Shown: piece after piece, positions 8,553-17,743 of the stretch
Layout: every line of letters starts with the position of its first letter
How positions within the stretch are numbered: position 1 is the stretch's first letter
IMG/VR virus record: IMGVR_UViG_3300017655_000192
Span: 1-39,735 of that record
Length of the DNA: 39,735 nt
Direction: 5' to 3' (one strand)
Source of the DNA: a virus
Lineage: Duplodnaviria > Caudoviricetes
Made by a program: the position numbers and the translations under genes
Notes under the pieces: generated by a model
Databases searched by the model: none
What the model was told of the DNA's origin: nothing
What the model saw: only the letters and a program-made list of their open reading frames with translations

Positions 8553-9228
8553 CCCCCCATACCGTTTTGATATATTTAGGATTTTCCGCACTATCACCCA
8601 TTTTTTCTCTTAAATGTCGAATATGAACCATTACCGTATTATTGCTGTTACTAAAATACTTGTCTCCCCATACCTCGCGGAACAATTCTTCAGAACTTAC
8701 CACTCGTCCTCGATTGGAACAAAGAACCCAAAGAATAGAAAACTCCGTAGGTGTAAGCGATAACTTTTTCTCATTCAGCGTACATTCACGAGCATCCATG
8801 TCTAACACCAAGCCGGAAAAGGCAATCAAGCGTTCTTCCTGTTTTTGCTCTGGCGAATTATATTTGGTAAATCTTCGGAGCTGCGCCTTTACACGAGCAA
8901 CTAATTCCAAAGGACGGAATGGTTTAGTGATATAGTCATCGGCACCTAATGTCAGCCCGGTAATCTTATCGATTTCTTCTTCTTTAGCTGTCAGTAAAAT
9001 AATCGGAAAATTATGTTTTTCCCTAATCTTCCGACAGATAGTAAAGCCATCAATATCTGGCAGCATAACATCAAGTATCGCAAGGTCCAACTGCTTCGAC
9101 TCAACACATCGGAACGCATCTTGACCGTTATAAAATTTGTATACTGTAAAACCTTCATTTTTTAGATAAACTTCAATTAGATCTGCTATAGCTTGTTCAT
9201 CGTCAACAACTAAAATATTGATACTCAT
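8530..9228 (-). CDS. vanR: VanR-family OmpR response regulator
   Basis: Receiver LAILDVMLP, KPFRPLELVARVKAQLRR, YFSNSNNTVMVHIRHLREKM, KTVWGVGYKIEK; closely resembles VanR-A/D. Confidence 0.92.
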   Translation of the reverse strand: MSINILVVDDEQAIADLIEVYLKNEGFTVYKFYNGQDAFRCVESKQLDLAILDVMLPDIDGFTICRKIREKHNFPIILLTAKEEEIDKITGLTLGADDYITKPFRPLELVARVKAQLRRFTKYNSPEQKQEERLIAFSGLVLDMDARECTLNEKKLSLTPTEFSILWVLCSNRGRVVSSEELFREVWGDKYFSNSNNTVMVHIRHLREKMGDSAENPKYIKTVWGVGYKIEK

Positions 9229-9246
9229 AAATTTTATCCCTTCTTC

Positions 9247-9489
9247 CTACTTGCCAATTGTCTTTTTATACCTCTGCTGGTTAGATGAGGTCTTTTCAAT
9301 TGCCTTTATATTACCTTCTATTTTATTTACGTAGTTTAAAAATAAAGTCCCAAGCAGAAGTCGATCCTTTCTGGGTATTCTATTCCATACATAACCCTTG
9401 AACAGGTCCTTAACAAGAAAGACTTCACCTGCATTCAAGTTTTCAGTTTCCTTAATAGCTTCTTCTAGTAGCTCATTAACATCGCTCAT
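9247..9489 (-). CDS. DUF1413 (LP1413-like) winged-helix ssDNA-binding protein
   Basis: 80 aa; GEVFLVKDLF..W, LGTLF, KTSSNQQRYKK pattern. Confidence 0.75.
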   Translation of the reverse strand: MSDVNELLEEAIKETENLNAGEVFLVKDLFKGYVWNRIPRKDRLLLGTLFLNYVNKIEGNIKAIEKTSSNQQRYKKTIGK

Positions 9490-9536
9490 GTTGTCATCTC
9501 CTTATCAATAACAATATCAACAACATTGTTAATAAG

Positions 9537-9565
9537 ATTATATACACACTACTAACTTTTTTCAA
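9537..9565 (-). promoter_or_regulatory. SigA promoter for DUF1413-vanR-vanS
   Basis: TTGAAA-N17-TATAAT. Confidence 0.65.
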
Positions 9566-9574
9566 TTACAAAAT

Positions 9575-9617
9575 AAAAACCGCCAACCAAAAGAATTTAT
9601 ATCCTGATTAACGGTCA
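9575..9617 (-). terminator. Terminator, duplicate of 11381-11423
   Basis: 39/43 identical; hairpin plus T-run on the minus strand. Confidence 0.85.
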
Positions 9618-9629
9618 CAAATGAGTTAT

Positions 9630-10526
9630 TTATTTTGTAAATAGTTCGCAATTGTATAATATTTCCTTTGTATCAAGTAAGGTAGCTTCTTCTATTCCTA
9701 CATTATTGACTTTCATAAAGGATTGTACCGCTTGGTAACCCACTGCATAACCAGCAAATGGTGATAAGCCAACAGGTTGATAGCCCTGTTCTTTTGCAAT
9801 AGTGTCACCAAACATATAACTACTAACCTCAGCAAATCCTTTAACATCTAGTGACTCCTTTATTATCTCTGTTGAATATTCCAAGTCCTCTTTGTCAAAA
9901 GAAGTAACCCAAGGTCCTAAAAATTCATCACCATACAGTTCTCTTGCAAAAGACTCTGCCAACCCCTCTATAATTAAGTAATCACCAACAGTAACGTTCC
10001 CATGATCCCAATCAAAATATGAAAAACGGATATTATGATGAAATTCATGTGCAATTACAGCAGGTATCTTCGGAATATTATAGGAATTAGGATAAATAGA
10101 TACTTGAATAAAACCTGGGATTCCACCGAACCCACAATATCCCTTTTGCAATTCGAGCTTTTTTGGATCAGCTATATACATTCCAAATTTTAACTCATCG
10201 GCATTTATTTTCAGATTATTTTTTTGAATAAAATTAACACAGGTCTTCAAAGTGTCATAGGCAGTTTGAAGAGCTTGAATTTCTTTTAGCTTCTCTAACG
10301 CAATCTTTCCAGTTTCGGTATTTGATATATCAAGGTAACCAAGCATTTTTGTAGCCATTATTACGTCGTATCCATTAGGTTGATTTGCCTTTAATGGAAC
10401 GTTAATGATATTCCACATTTTTTCAAAGGGCTTCATCATTGAATATCGATAGAAGTCTTCTTTCTCTTCTTCCATACTAAATAATTTTTCATATTGTTTG
10501 ATTGTATCTTCAATTATTATTTGCAT
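9630..10526 (-). CDS. DUF2268 putative Zn-dependent protease (YjaZ/YjfC-like)
   Basis: AHEFHH (HExxH), IIEGLAESF, AGYAVGY; coupled to upstream MerR. Confidence 0.85.
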   Translation of the reverse strand: MQIIIEDTIKQYEKLFSMEEEKEDFYRYSMMKPFEKMWNIINVPLKANQPNGYDVIMATKMLGYLDISNTETGKIALEKLKEIQALQTAYDTLKTCVNFIQKNNLKINADELKFGMYIADPKKLELQKGYCGFGGIPGFIQVSIYPNSYNIPKIPAVIAHEFHHNIRFSYFDWDHGNVTVGDYLIIEGLAESFARELYGDEFLGPWVTSFDKEDLEYSTEIIKESLDVKGFAEVSSYMFGDTIAKEQGYQPVGLSPFAGYAVGYQAVQSFMKVNNVGIEEATLLDTKEILYNCELFTK

Positions 10527-11286
10527 TGCTACCACCTTTCTTCTTTTGATTTACTGAAAAAATTTTCATTGCCTCACTCATAAACTTGGCCAATCCTTCA
10601 CTATACTGATCAATGTTTTGTGTAAAGCGTTCATCTTCAATATAGAGTTGACCTAATCCTTGGAAGGCATCAAGAGAATACTTACCAAAATTCTTATTTA
10701 AAAAGTCATACCATTCTTTAATCGTTTTTTGTACTTCTTGCGAGTTAGGAGAATAATTGCGAAGTTGTACAAGTTTATTGAAAATCACATCCCAATTTTG
10801 AGATAAATCTTGTTGTTCATCTATAGCCATGTCTCTTAATTTTGCGCTTATCTCATCAACAGGTTGATCCCCCCAACGCATGCGAGCCTCTTGTTCATAC
10901 TGGTTGAGTCTAAAGTTAATACCCTCAAACCTTTCTTCGTTCGACATTTTAATTTCTCCCATCGTGTGTTTAATCGTTTTATCAATGGTTTCAATCATTT
11001 TATCGACTCTATTTCGTTTCTCAATTAACATTTTCCGTTGTAAGATTAACGCTTCCTGTTGATTAAATGAAGGGCTATTGATAATCGTTTTAATCTCCTT
11101 CAAGGAGAAATCAAGCTCTCTGAAAAATAAAATTTGCTGTAATTTTTCAAGATCCTCTTCAGAATAAAGCCGATAGCCAGAATAGGTGGTTTCTTTTGGA
11201 GTTAATAACCCAATCTGATCATAATGATGAAGTGTACGAACACTAACACCAACCAATTCAGCTACTTCTTTTACTTTCATACTCAT
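10510..11286 (-). CDS. mta: MerR-family regulator with TipAS domain (Mta-like)
   Basis: VSVRTLHHYDQIGLL, GYRLYS, C-terminal GLGQLYIEDERF. Confidence 0.85.
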   Translation of the reverse strand: MSMKVKEVAELVGVSVRTLHHYDQIGLLTPKETTYSGYRLYSEEDLEKLQQILFFRELDFSLKEIKTIINSPSFNQQEALILQRKMLIEKRNRVDKMIETIDKTIKHTMGEIKMSNEERFEGINFRLNQYEQEARMRWGDQPVDEISAKLRDMAIDEQQDLSQNWDVIFNKLVQLRNYSPNSQEVQKTIKEWYDFLNKNFGKYSLDAFQGLGQLYIEDERFTQNIDQYSEGLAKFMSEAMKIFSVNQKKKGGSNANNN

Positions 11287-11313
11287 GCCTTATATGCACC
11301 TCCTTCAGTTGTC

Positions 11314-11344
11314 ATTATAAAGTATCACGTAACGTAAGGGTCAA
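11314..11344 (-). promoter_or_regulatory. MerR-type promoter with 19-bp spacer and Mta-like dyad
   Basis: TTGACC-cttacgttacgtgatactt-TATAAT; resembles the B. subtilis mta operator. Confidence 0.85.
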
Positions 11345-11380
11345 TAGTTAAATGAGGTAATTCAAACCCTGATCTTGCAG

Positions 11381-11423
11381 AAAAACCACCAACCAAGAGA
11401 ATTTATCTCCTGATTGACGGTCA
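11381..11423 (-). terminator. Terminator of the recombinase operon
   Basis: accgtcaatcaggaga...tctcttggttggtggttttt on the minus strand. Confidence 0.8.
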
Positions 11424-11433
11424 GCCACCAATG

Positions 11434-13005
11434 TTATATTTCTACATCTATCTCAATCCCAGACTTGAATTCAACAGTGAGCTTATCTTCATATATCGTT
11501 ACCTTTTCAATCAGCCGCCTTACCAACTGCTCATCATATTCCTCCAACCCGCAGGACTGTTCATTCAAGAAATCATTCATTTCAGCGATTCGTTGCCTTT
11601 TCCCTTCTCGCTCTGCATTTTCAACCAGTGCATTTTGCTTCAATTCTCGAAGGCGGTAAATTTCATCAGCCACATCTTCATAGTCATTCTTTGACTTTGC
11701 TTGTATAAGAAGCTGTTGCTGTAATTCTTCCAATTTGCCATCAATATCATCGGTGGCAGTATCATTTTCTTCATTTAATATAGTAGCGATATTTATCTGC
11801 AACGTTGAGAGAAAGGATTCTTTTTTAGCCAAAAGGTCGTTAATAGCCTTGACCACCGCTGTCTGCAACGTTTCCTCGTTTATGGTAGGGGCAGTGCATT
11901 CAGACCCTCTTTCCTCCAATCGGCTGACGCATCTCCAAACAATAGACTTGTAGCCTCGGTTATTCCAATGTACCCGTCGGTAAATATCGCCGCAGTGTCC
12001 GCAGTAAACAATACTCGATAAAGCATACTTGCTGCTATAAACTCTCTTTTTACCGCTTTTCCCGCCACGAAGATTGGCTCTTCGAACCATCTCTTCTTGA
12101 ACCTGCATAAAAAGCTCGCGTGGAATGATAGGCTCATGACTGTTTTCTACATAATACTGGGGAACGATGCCATTATTCTTGACTCGCTTTTTTGAAAGGA
12201 AATCAACCGTATATGTTTTTTGTAAAAGGGCATCACCAATGTACTTTTCATTCTGAAGTATTTTTTTCAGTGTTTCTGGTCTCCATTTTGCTTTTCCTGC
12301 TGCTGTAAGAATACCGTCTGCTTCTAGTCCTCTAGCTATTTGTAATAGGCTAGCCCCTTCAAGGTACTCTCTGTAAATCCGTTTAACAACCTCAGCACCC
12401 TTTGGGTCAATCACTAGTTGCTTGTTTTCATCCTTGGTGTATCCAAGGAAACGCTTATGGTTGACCTGAATCTCACCTTGCTGATAGCGGTATTGAATAC
12501 CTAGCTTTACGTTTTGGCTTAAGGACTGGCTTTCCTGTTGGGCAAGGGATGCCATAATGGTCAGCATGATTTCGCCCTTAGAATCCATGGTGTTAATATT
12601 CTCTTTTTCAAAGAATACTGCGATGTTTTTATCCTTTAACTGACGGATGTATTTAAGGCAATCCAAAGTGTTTCTAGCAAATCGGCTAATGGACTTTGTG
12701 ATGATCATGTCTATTTTTCCTGCCATACACTCTTCAATCATACGGTTGAATTCTTCACGCTTTTTTGTATTTGTGCCTGTGATGCCGTCATCCGCAAAAA
12801 TTCCTGCCAATTCCCATTCCTTGTTCTTCTTAATATAGTTTGTATAATGCTCGATCTGAATGTCATAGCTTGAAGCCTGCTCCTCACTATCCGTTGAAAC
12901 ACGGCAGTAAGCAGCGACCCGTATTTTAGGTTTACTTTCACTACTTTTATTATTTCCAATCCGTTTAATGGCAGGAATCACCGTTACATTCCTACTTACC
13001 GCCAC
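11434..13005 (-). CDS. Large serine recombinase (third of triplet)
   Basis: YCRVST catalytic Ser, KSISRFARN, recombinase domain, Zn ribbon CGHC, coiled coil. Confidence 0.95.
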   Translation of the reverse strand: MAVSRNVTVIPAIKRIGNNKSSESKPKIRVAAYCRVSTDSEEQASSYDIQIEHYTNYIKKNKEWELAGIFADDGITGTNTKKREEFNRMIEECMAGKIDMIITKSISRFARNTLDCLKYIRQLKDKNIAVFFEKENINTMDSKGEIMLTIMASLAQQESQSLSQNVKLGIQYRYQQGEIQVNHKRFLGYTKDENKQLVIDPKGAEVVKRIYREYLEGASLLQIARGLEADGILTAAGKAKWRPETLKKILQNEKYIGDALLQKTYTVDFLSKKRVKNNGIVPQYYVENSHEPIIPRELFMQVQEEMVRRANLRGGKSGKKRVYSSKYALSSIVYCGHCGDIYRRVHWNNRGYKSIVWRCVSRLEERGSECTAPTINEETLQTAVVKAINDLLAKKESFLSTLQINIATILNEENDTATDDIDGKLEELQQQLLIQAKSKNDYEDVADEIYRLRELKQNALVENAEREGKRQRIAEMNDFLNEQSCGLEEYDEQLVRRLIEKVTIYEDKLTVEFKSGIEIDVEI

Positions 13006-13008
13006 TTG

Positions 13009-13422
13009 TTATACCTCACTTTCTATCAAACTGTAGGCATATTCCGCCTGCTTGTATGGATCTTCATATTTTTGCACCAGAGGTTTTGCTTTGAACTTCA
13101 CAGGATAATCCCTTTTCGGCTCATCTTTAAGCTCCCATATCCTTCCTAGCCTTTCTGCTCGTTTTCGTTTTTCTACTCTGGCTTTTTCAAAGGTCTTCTC
13201 ATCAATAATCGGAGGGTAGAATTCATCACCAAGGTAGTGCTTGTTCTGCAACATCTTACTTGCTGTGGCATGGTAGCAGTCTATCCCAGCTTGTTTAGCA
13301 GCATCCTTCAAAGAAAGTCCTGCCAAATATCCTAAGAATAGTTCTTTTACTTGCTCTGATGCTATTTCATCCACAACAGCCTTTCCATCTTCAATTCTAT
13401 ATCCATAAGGTGTGTGACCCAT
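13009..13422 (-). CDS. Short recombinase-domain-only protein (middle of triplet)
   Basis: PYGY start, LQNKHYLG, YPPIID; no catalytic resolvase domain. Confidence 0.85.
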   Translation of the reverse strand: MGHTPYGYRIEDGKAVVDEIASEQVKELFLGYLAGLSLKDAAKQAGIDCYHATASKMLQNKHYLGDEFYPPIIDEKTFEKARVEKRKRAERLGRIWELKDEPKRDYPVKFKAKPLVQKYEDPYKQAEYAYSLIESEV

Positions 13423-14988
13423 CTAATTCACCAACCTTTCCTTCAATGTGATTCCACATTTTAATTCAAATCCTACTTCCTTTCGTGAAAAGACCATAAT
13501 CTTTTCTACGTAATTTTCAAACAGCTCATCCTCATAGCTTGTAAGCATTTTGGACTTAGAAGCAAACTTAAGCAAACGTTCAACCTCGTCTACTTTAGAA
13601 AAATTGCCATTTACGGACCGAGTAAGTTGATCCTTTTCGGCAAGAAGCCTTTCTCTTTCTGCTTCCAGTGAATACTTTTCTTTATTAAACAGAGCAGGTT
13701 CAAGATACCCTTTGGCCATTAACCCCGTCAGCACCTGACTCTGCTCCATGTTGCTTTCAATCTTAGTTTCCAATTCTTCAATTCTGCGAAAACTTGCTGC
13801 ATTGTTCTGGTTACGTAACCCATTCAAAAGTGGTCTTAATATGAACTTCTGACCGAAAATGAGTTTATTCATCATCGTAACAAAAGCAGTCTTTATATCT
13901 TCATCTCGAATGAACCGCATGGAGCATTCATTTATCTGTCTTATATGCTTACTGCAGCACCAAGCGATGTATTTTTTTGTTCCAGTTGAATGAACCCGTC
14001 TTTTAAAGGTACTGCCACATTCAGAGCAGATAATTTTACTGGAGAAAGAATATCGGTTTAGATATTTGCTGTTGCGCTTTTCGATGCCTTTTTCTTTTGC
14101 TCTCTGATTAAGAATGGCATCTACTGCTTCAAAATCCTCATGGCTGATAATTGCCTCATGATGGTTTTCTACTAGATACATATTTTTCTCACCATAATTA
14201 GTGTGCCTATTAAAATGTCTGTCAGTATAAGTCTTTTGCAAAATAACATTGCCAGTATATTTTTCATTGGTCAGAATCCCTCGAATCGTAGTAGCTGTCC
14301 AACGACCACCTTTTTTTGAAGGGATACCCTTTTGATTAAGATCATTTGCAACTTTCTGTGTGCCTTTGCCCGATAACACCTCTGCAAAAATATACTTCAC
14401 AACTTCAGCCTGCTTGGGGTTTACTATCATCTGACCGTCAATGTTTTGATACCCATATGGTGGATAGGAAATTTTATAGGTTCCGTTTTGAAATCGTCTT
14501 TGAATGGCCCATTTAATATTTTCAGAAATGGAAATTGACTCACTTTCTGCAAGCCCACTTAAAATGGAGAGCATCAATTCACTTTCCATTGAACCCGTAT
14601 TGATGTTTTCCTTCTCAAAATAGATATGAACCCCAAGGTGGATCAGTTTACGAACCATCTCCAAGCAATCTGTAGTATTTCTCGCAAATCGGCTGATGGA
14701 CTTTGTAATGATTAAGTCAATTCTCCCAGTTTCACATTCTGATAACATTCTAAGTAGGTCAGAGCGGTTTTCCTTTTTCGTGCCGCTGATTCCCTCGTCA
14801 TAATATAGGCCAGCATATTCCCATTCTGGATTCGCCTTTATGTAGGTTTCATAATGGGCCTTTTGTGCTTGCAAGCTGACTAGCTGTTCATTACTATCTG
14901 TTGAAACTCGGCAGTAGGCAACTACTCGTGTTTTTGGCTTAATAAAAGAGTTGGCTAGATTTCCTTCTATTTTCGTTATCTTTTTCAT
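13423..14988 (-). CDS. Large serine recombinase (first of triplet)
   Basis: RBS GGAGGTGA then ATG 14988; YCRVST, PPYGY, NEKYTG, CSEC. Confidence 0.95.
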   Translation of the reverse strand: MKKITKIEGNLANSFIKPKTRVVAYCRVSTDSNEQLVSLQAQKAHYETYIKANPEWEYAGLYYDEGISGTKKENRSDLLRMLSECETGRIDLIITKSISRFARNTTDCLEMVRKLIHLGVHIYFEKENINTGSMESELMLSILSGLAESESISISENIKWAIQRRFQNGTYKISYPPYGYQNIDGQMIVNPKQAEVVKYIFAEVLSGKGTQKVANDLNQKGIPSKKGGRWTATTIRGILTNEKYTGNVILQKTYTDRHFNRHTNYGEKNMYLVENHHEAIISHEDFEAVDAILNQRAKEKGIEKRNSKYLNRYSFSSKIICSECGSTFKRRVHSTGTKKYIAWCCSKHIRQINECSMRFIRDEDIKTAFVTMMNKLIFGQKFILRPLLNGLRNQNNAASFRRIEELETKIESNMEQSQVLTGLMAKGYLEPALFNKEKYSLEAERERLLAEKDQLTRSVNGNFSKVDEVERLLKFASKSKMLTSYEDELFENYVEKIMVFSRKEVGFELKCGITLKERLVN

Positions 14989-15022
14989 CCTCTCACCTCC
15001 TTCTTGGTATGTCACATATTAC

Positions 15023-15055
15023 CTCTGAAACCCTTATATATCAACGATTTCAGGG
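15023..15055. promoter_or_regulatory. Imperfect palindrome upstream of the recombinase operon
   Basis: ctctgaaacccttatatatcaacgatttcaggg. Confidence 0.45.
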
Positions 15056-15286
15056 CATTATCTCTGCTAAAAAAGGGGAGAAAGTTTGGCGATTTAGTGC
15101 GTCTATCTTGTGGAACTCTATTTCAGTTATTAAGCCTTTTCCGAGCATCTTTCTTAGTAATTTTTCTGCCTGGATATAATCAAACTCACGCTGTAGCTGT
15201 TCCTGTGATACTCTCTTTAATTCAACGCTTTTGTCTATAATCACATCTGAAATCTTTGTAATCTTTTTATCTTCGTACTGATTCAC
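15050..15286 (-). CDS. SHOCT-domain protein
   Basis: KMLGKGLITEIEFHKI; usual position ahead of recombinase triplets. Confidence 0.8.
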   Translation of the reverse strand: MNQYEDKKITKISDVIIDKSVELKRVSQEQLQREFDYIQAEKLLRKMLGKGLITEIEFHKIDALNRQTFSPFLAEIMP

Positions 15287-15362
15287 TAGGAATCACCTCC
15301 TACCTAATAGCCGTGGGAACAGGTCGAAGTTGAGGATTTGAAAAATTTAATATGAATCAGAG

Positions 15363-15403
15363 CATAAAAAAAGAGCCTGCAAGGGAAGAACCCCTACAGG
15401 CTG
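15363..15403 (-). terminator. Terminator after the endolysin
   Basis: agcctgtagggg...cccttgcaggct-cttttttt. Confidence 0.8.
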
Positions 15404-15482
15404 CATAAATCTAATAGTTTAATATTTTATTTGGGAAACTCGATTAAAATCAAGAAACACTGCTTATTAGCTTACCAATTTA

Positions 15483-16184
15483 TTAATCATACTTAATAAA
15501 TGCATCCGTAAAGCCTGCCTTTTTAGCTTTGACAAGCTGTGCCTCAGCATTTGCTTTGTCCGAATATGCACCGATCTGCACACGGTAATATTTCTTTTTC
15601 ACCGGCTCTGCTGCTTTATTTTCTGTACTCAGTAGCTTCTTCACATCTGCACGAAAGGTATTCATACTCTTTCCATGCTTAGGAAACCAGTGCATCACAT
15701 CTGCATGATTATTTGCGATGCCCAGTTTATGACCCTCCGAATGGCAAATGATATCTTTTTCTGTTAAATCATATTCTCGGCAAAGCATCACACAAAGCTC
15801 CACTGCATTCTGCCAAGCCTTTCTAAAATAAGCTTCATTCTTTGAGACATTGTAGCCAACCATCGTAGATCCCTTACCATAGGAAAACCCCGCTGGTTCA
15901 CAAATTTCAATACCAATATGAGTGTTGTTCCCCGCTCCACCACAGTGCCAACCTCTATGGTTCCAAGGTAAGTACTGCCATACTTCTTTGTCATCAACAA
16001 AAGCGTGAACACAAACTTGACGATTGGTTTCACCCGCTTTGTACGACTTATTCCAACGACTGAACCAGTCTGCTGCCATCACACCCGGAGTTGCAGTAGA
16101 ATGGACCATAATTCCTTTTGGAGTAATCTTCTTTCCTGCTGTAAAACAATCATTTCTCGTCATATATTTAGTGTTTAGTTTCAT
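15483..16184 (-). CDS. Endolysin: N-acetylmuramoyl-L-alanine amidase (Amidase_2) with SPOR-like C-terminus
   Basis: IMVHSTA, GWHCG, IGIEICE, CHSE, YRVQIGAY. Confidence 0.9.
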   Translation of the reverse strand: MKLNTKYMTRNDCFTAGKKITPKGIMVHSTATPGVMAADWFSRWNKSYKAGETNRQVCVHAFVDDKEVWQYLPWNHRGWHCGGAGNNTHIGIEICEPAGFSYGKGSTMVGYNVSKNEAYFRKAWQNAVELCVMLCREYDLTEKDIICHSEGHKLGIANNHADVMHWFPKHGKSMNTFRADVKKLLSTENKAAEPVKKKYYRVQIGAYSDKANAEAQLVKAKKAGFTDAFIKYD

Positions 16185-16596
16185 TTTTATCATCCCCCTT
16201 GCCATGTAATTGAGCTAAGACATCTTTCAATTTTTGTGGAATTGGAAGCCCGATTCTTGAGCCATTTTCCATTATGCTGATGCCCTCATTTGAGAGATAA
16301 AAAAAGATGACGGCTGTGCGAATGACACTGCCCTCACCAATCAGTCGGCTGTCAATGATATGAGCAATCCCGACAAGTATAAAAATAAGTATCTTTTTAA
16401 AAATTCCTCTTGCTCCAATTTCACTTGAAAGCTCTTTATTGATAATCGCCACCATAATGCCAGTAATGTAATCCACAATGACAAAAATAATGAGAGCATA
16501 TAAAAATCCATCAAGTCCCCCAAGAAACCAACCCAACCAACCGCCCAATACTGCAATTACAGTTTGCAAAATTACCCAAAGCTCTTTTATTGCCAT
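16168..16596 (-). CDS. Phage holin (Phage_holin_4_1 family)
   Basis: DYITG, GIFKK, NEGISIMEN, GLPIP. Confidence 0.92.
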   Translation of the reverse strand: MAIKELWVILQTVIAVLGGWLGWFLGGLDGFLYALIIFVIVDYITGIMVAIINKELSSEIGARGIFKKILIFILVGIAHIIDSRLIGEGSVIRTAVIFFYLSNEGISIMENGSRIGLPIPQKLKDVLAQLHGKGDDKNETKH

Positions 16597-16631
16597 GTTC
16601 TCCCCTCGCTCTCCATCTGTTTAATCTATAT

Positions 16632-16668
16632 AAAAAGGCGCCTGTGACAAGAGAGCCACCAAGCGCCT
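16632..16668 (-). terminator. Hairpin between tail and lysis genes
   Basis: aggcgc-ttggtggc...gtcac-aggcgcct-tttt. Confidence 0.55.
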
Positions 16669-16681
16669 GTATTTTCATTAT

Positions 16682-17740
16682 TTAATACGGTGCATAATAC
16701 ACATAACCACTAGCTTTCACATAAAATCCGTCACCCGGTACATAGATAGCCCCGCCAAATGTATCTGAATTGGTAGTAGTAAATCCCGGTTGTTCGACTC
16801 CTTCCCAAGTCAGACCATCAGCCGATACATAAAGCATGCCTTCATTGAAAAGAGCATATTTTCCCCAATCTTCCATCCAAATGATGTTCTGTGGATTCGG
16901 AATGTTGTTATTGGCCAGATTCCCAACATGAGATAGGTTTGTTTCTATCAGCTCTGTAGCACTATCGTTCATGACACACAAATTCACATGAAAGATTCCA
17001 CTAACATATCGATATTTCATTACAAAAAGTTTATCGTGAACCGAACGGATATACATATAATAAGTATTTAAATCCTCTGGAATGGTGGTTGTCCATGTAC
17101 CTGGGCTTGAAGTACTTGCCGATGCAATCGACCGATCACCTCCAACGATTCCGATAAATCTCCCTTTATGGGCGGTCATATAGCTAAAGATGGGAACAGA
17201 TGTCCCGTCAGCACCTACCAAAGTCCAAGCCACTCTTTGTGTTAACGAAGCAAAATTGTAATATACAGGAGACTTATAATACCACCAACTAACCACTCCG
17301 GCTCCCCTATTTATGTCATATGCTCCAGTCGTCATGGAGTTTTGTGCTCCTTGACAGTAACCAGCATTATACCAGGTGATGCCATCAAAAGAAGCGATAA
17401 TATTGGCCAAGCCTATAATTTTGGCTAAAAACACACCGTCACCTGCCCATAAAATTTCTGGGGCACCATTATTCCACCAAGAAACATTCACCACGGTCCA
17501 TTTTCCAGTGGTTTTATTGTAGTAGGACGTATATGGGGTCTTTGCACGATACACCGCAATCTGTGCGTTCCCATTGTCGTGAACATCAATTCTTGTTTCA
17601 CTTCCATACTTGGTATAGCCAAAATCGTTATAATATTTTCTATGCCAACTTAAGGTGGGGATGGGAAGAATGAGTTCACCCCTGCCTCCAAAAGCAGTCC
17701 AGATTGCTAGTGTATTGTTAAAATTACTATGGTAACTCAT
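16682..17740 (-). CDS. Putative receptor-binding/tail tip protein, beta-propeller-like
   Basis: Last tail gene; Asp-box-like SFDGITW, SADGLTW, STSSPGTW; aromatic-rich. Confidence 0.6.
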   Translation of the reverse strand: MSYHSNFNNTLAIWTAFGGRGELILPIPTLSWHRKYYNDFGYTKYGSETRIDVHDNGNAQIAVYRAKTPYTSYYNKTTGKWTVVNVSWWNNGAPEILWAGDGVFLAKIIGLANIIASFDGITWYNAGYCQGAQNSMTTGAYDINRGAGVVSWWYYKSPVYYNFASLTQRVAWTLVGADGTSVPIFSYMTAHKGRFIGIVGGDRSIASASTSSPGTWTTTIPEDLNTYYMYIRSVHDKLFVMKYRYVSGIFHVNLCVMNDSATELIETNLSHVGNLANNNIPNPQNIIWMEDWGKYALFNEGMLYVSADGLTWEGVEQPGFTTTNSDTFGGAIYVPGDGFYVKASGYVYYAPY

Positions 17741-17743
17741 GCC

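Noticed and set aside
4998-9228. Complete vancomycin resistance operon
   Set aside because: No D-Ala-D-Lac/Ser ligase, VanH/VanT or VanX in the window
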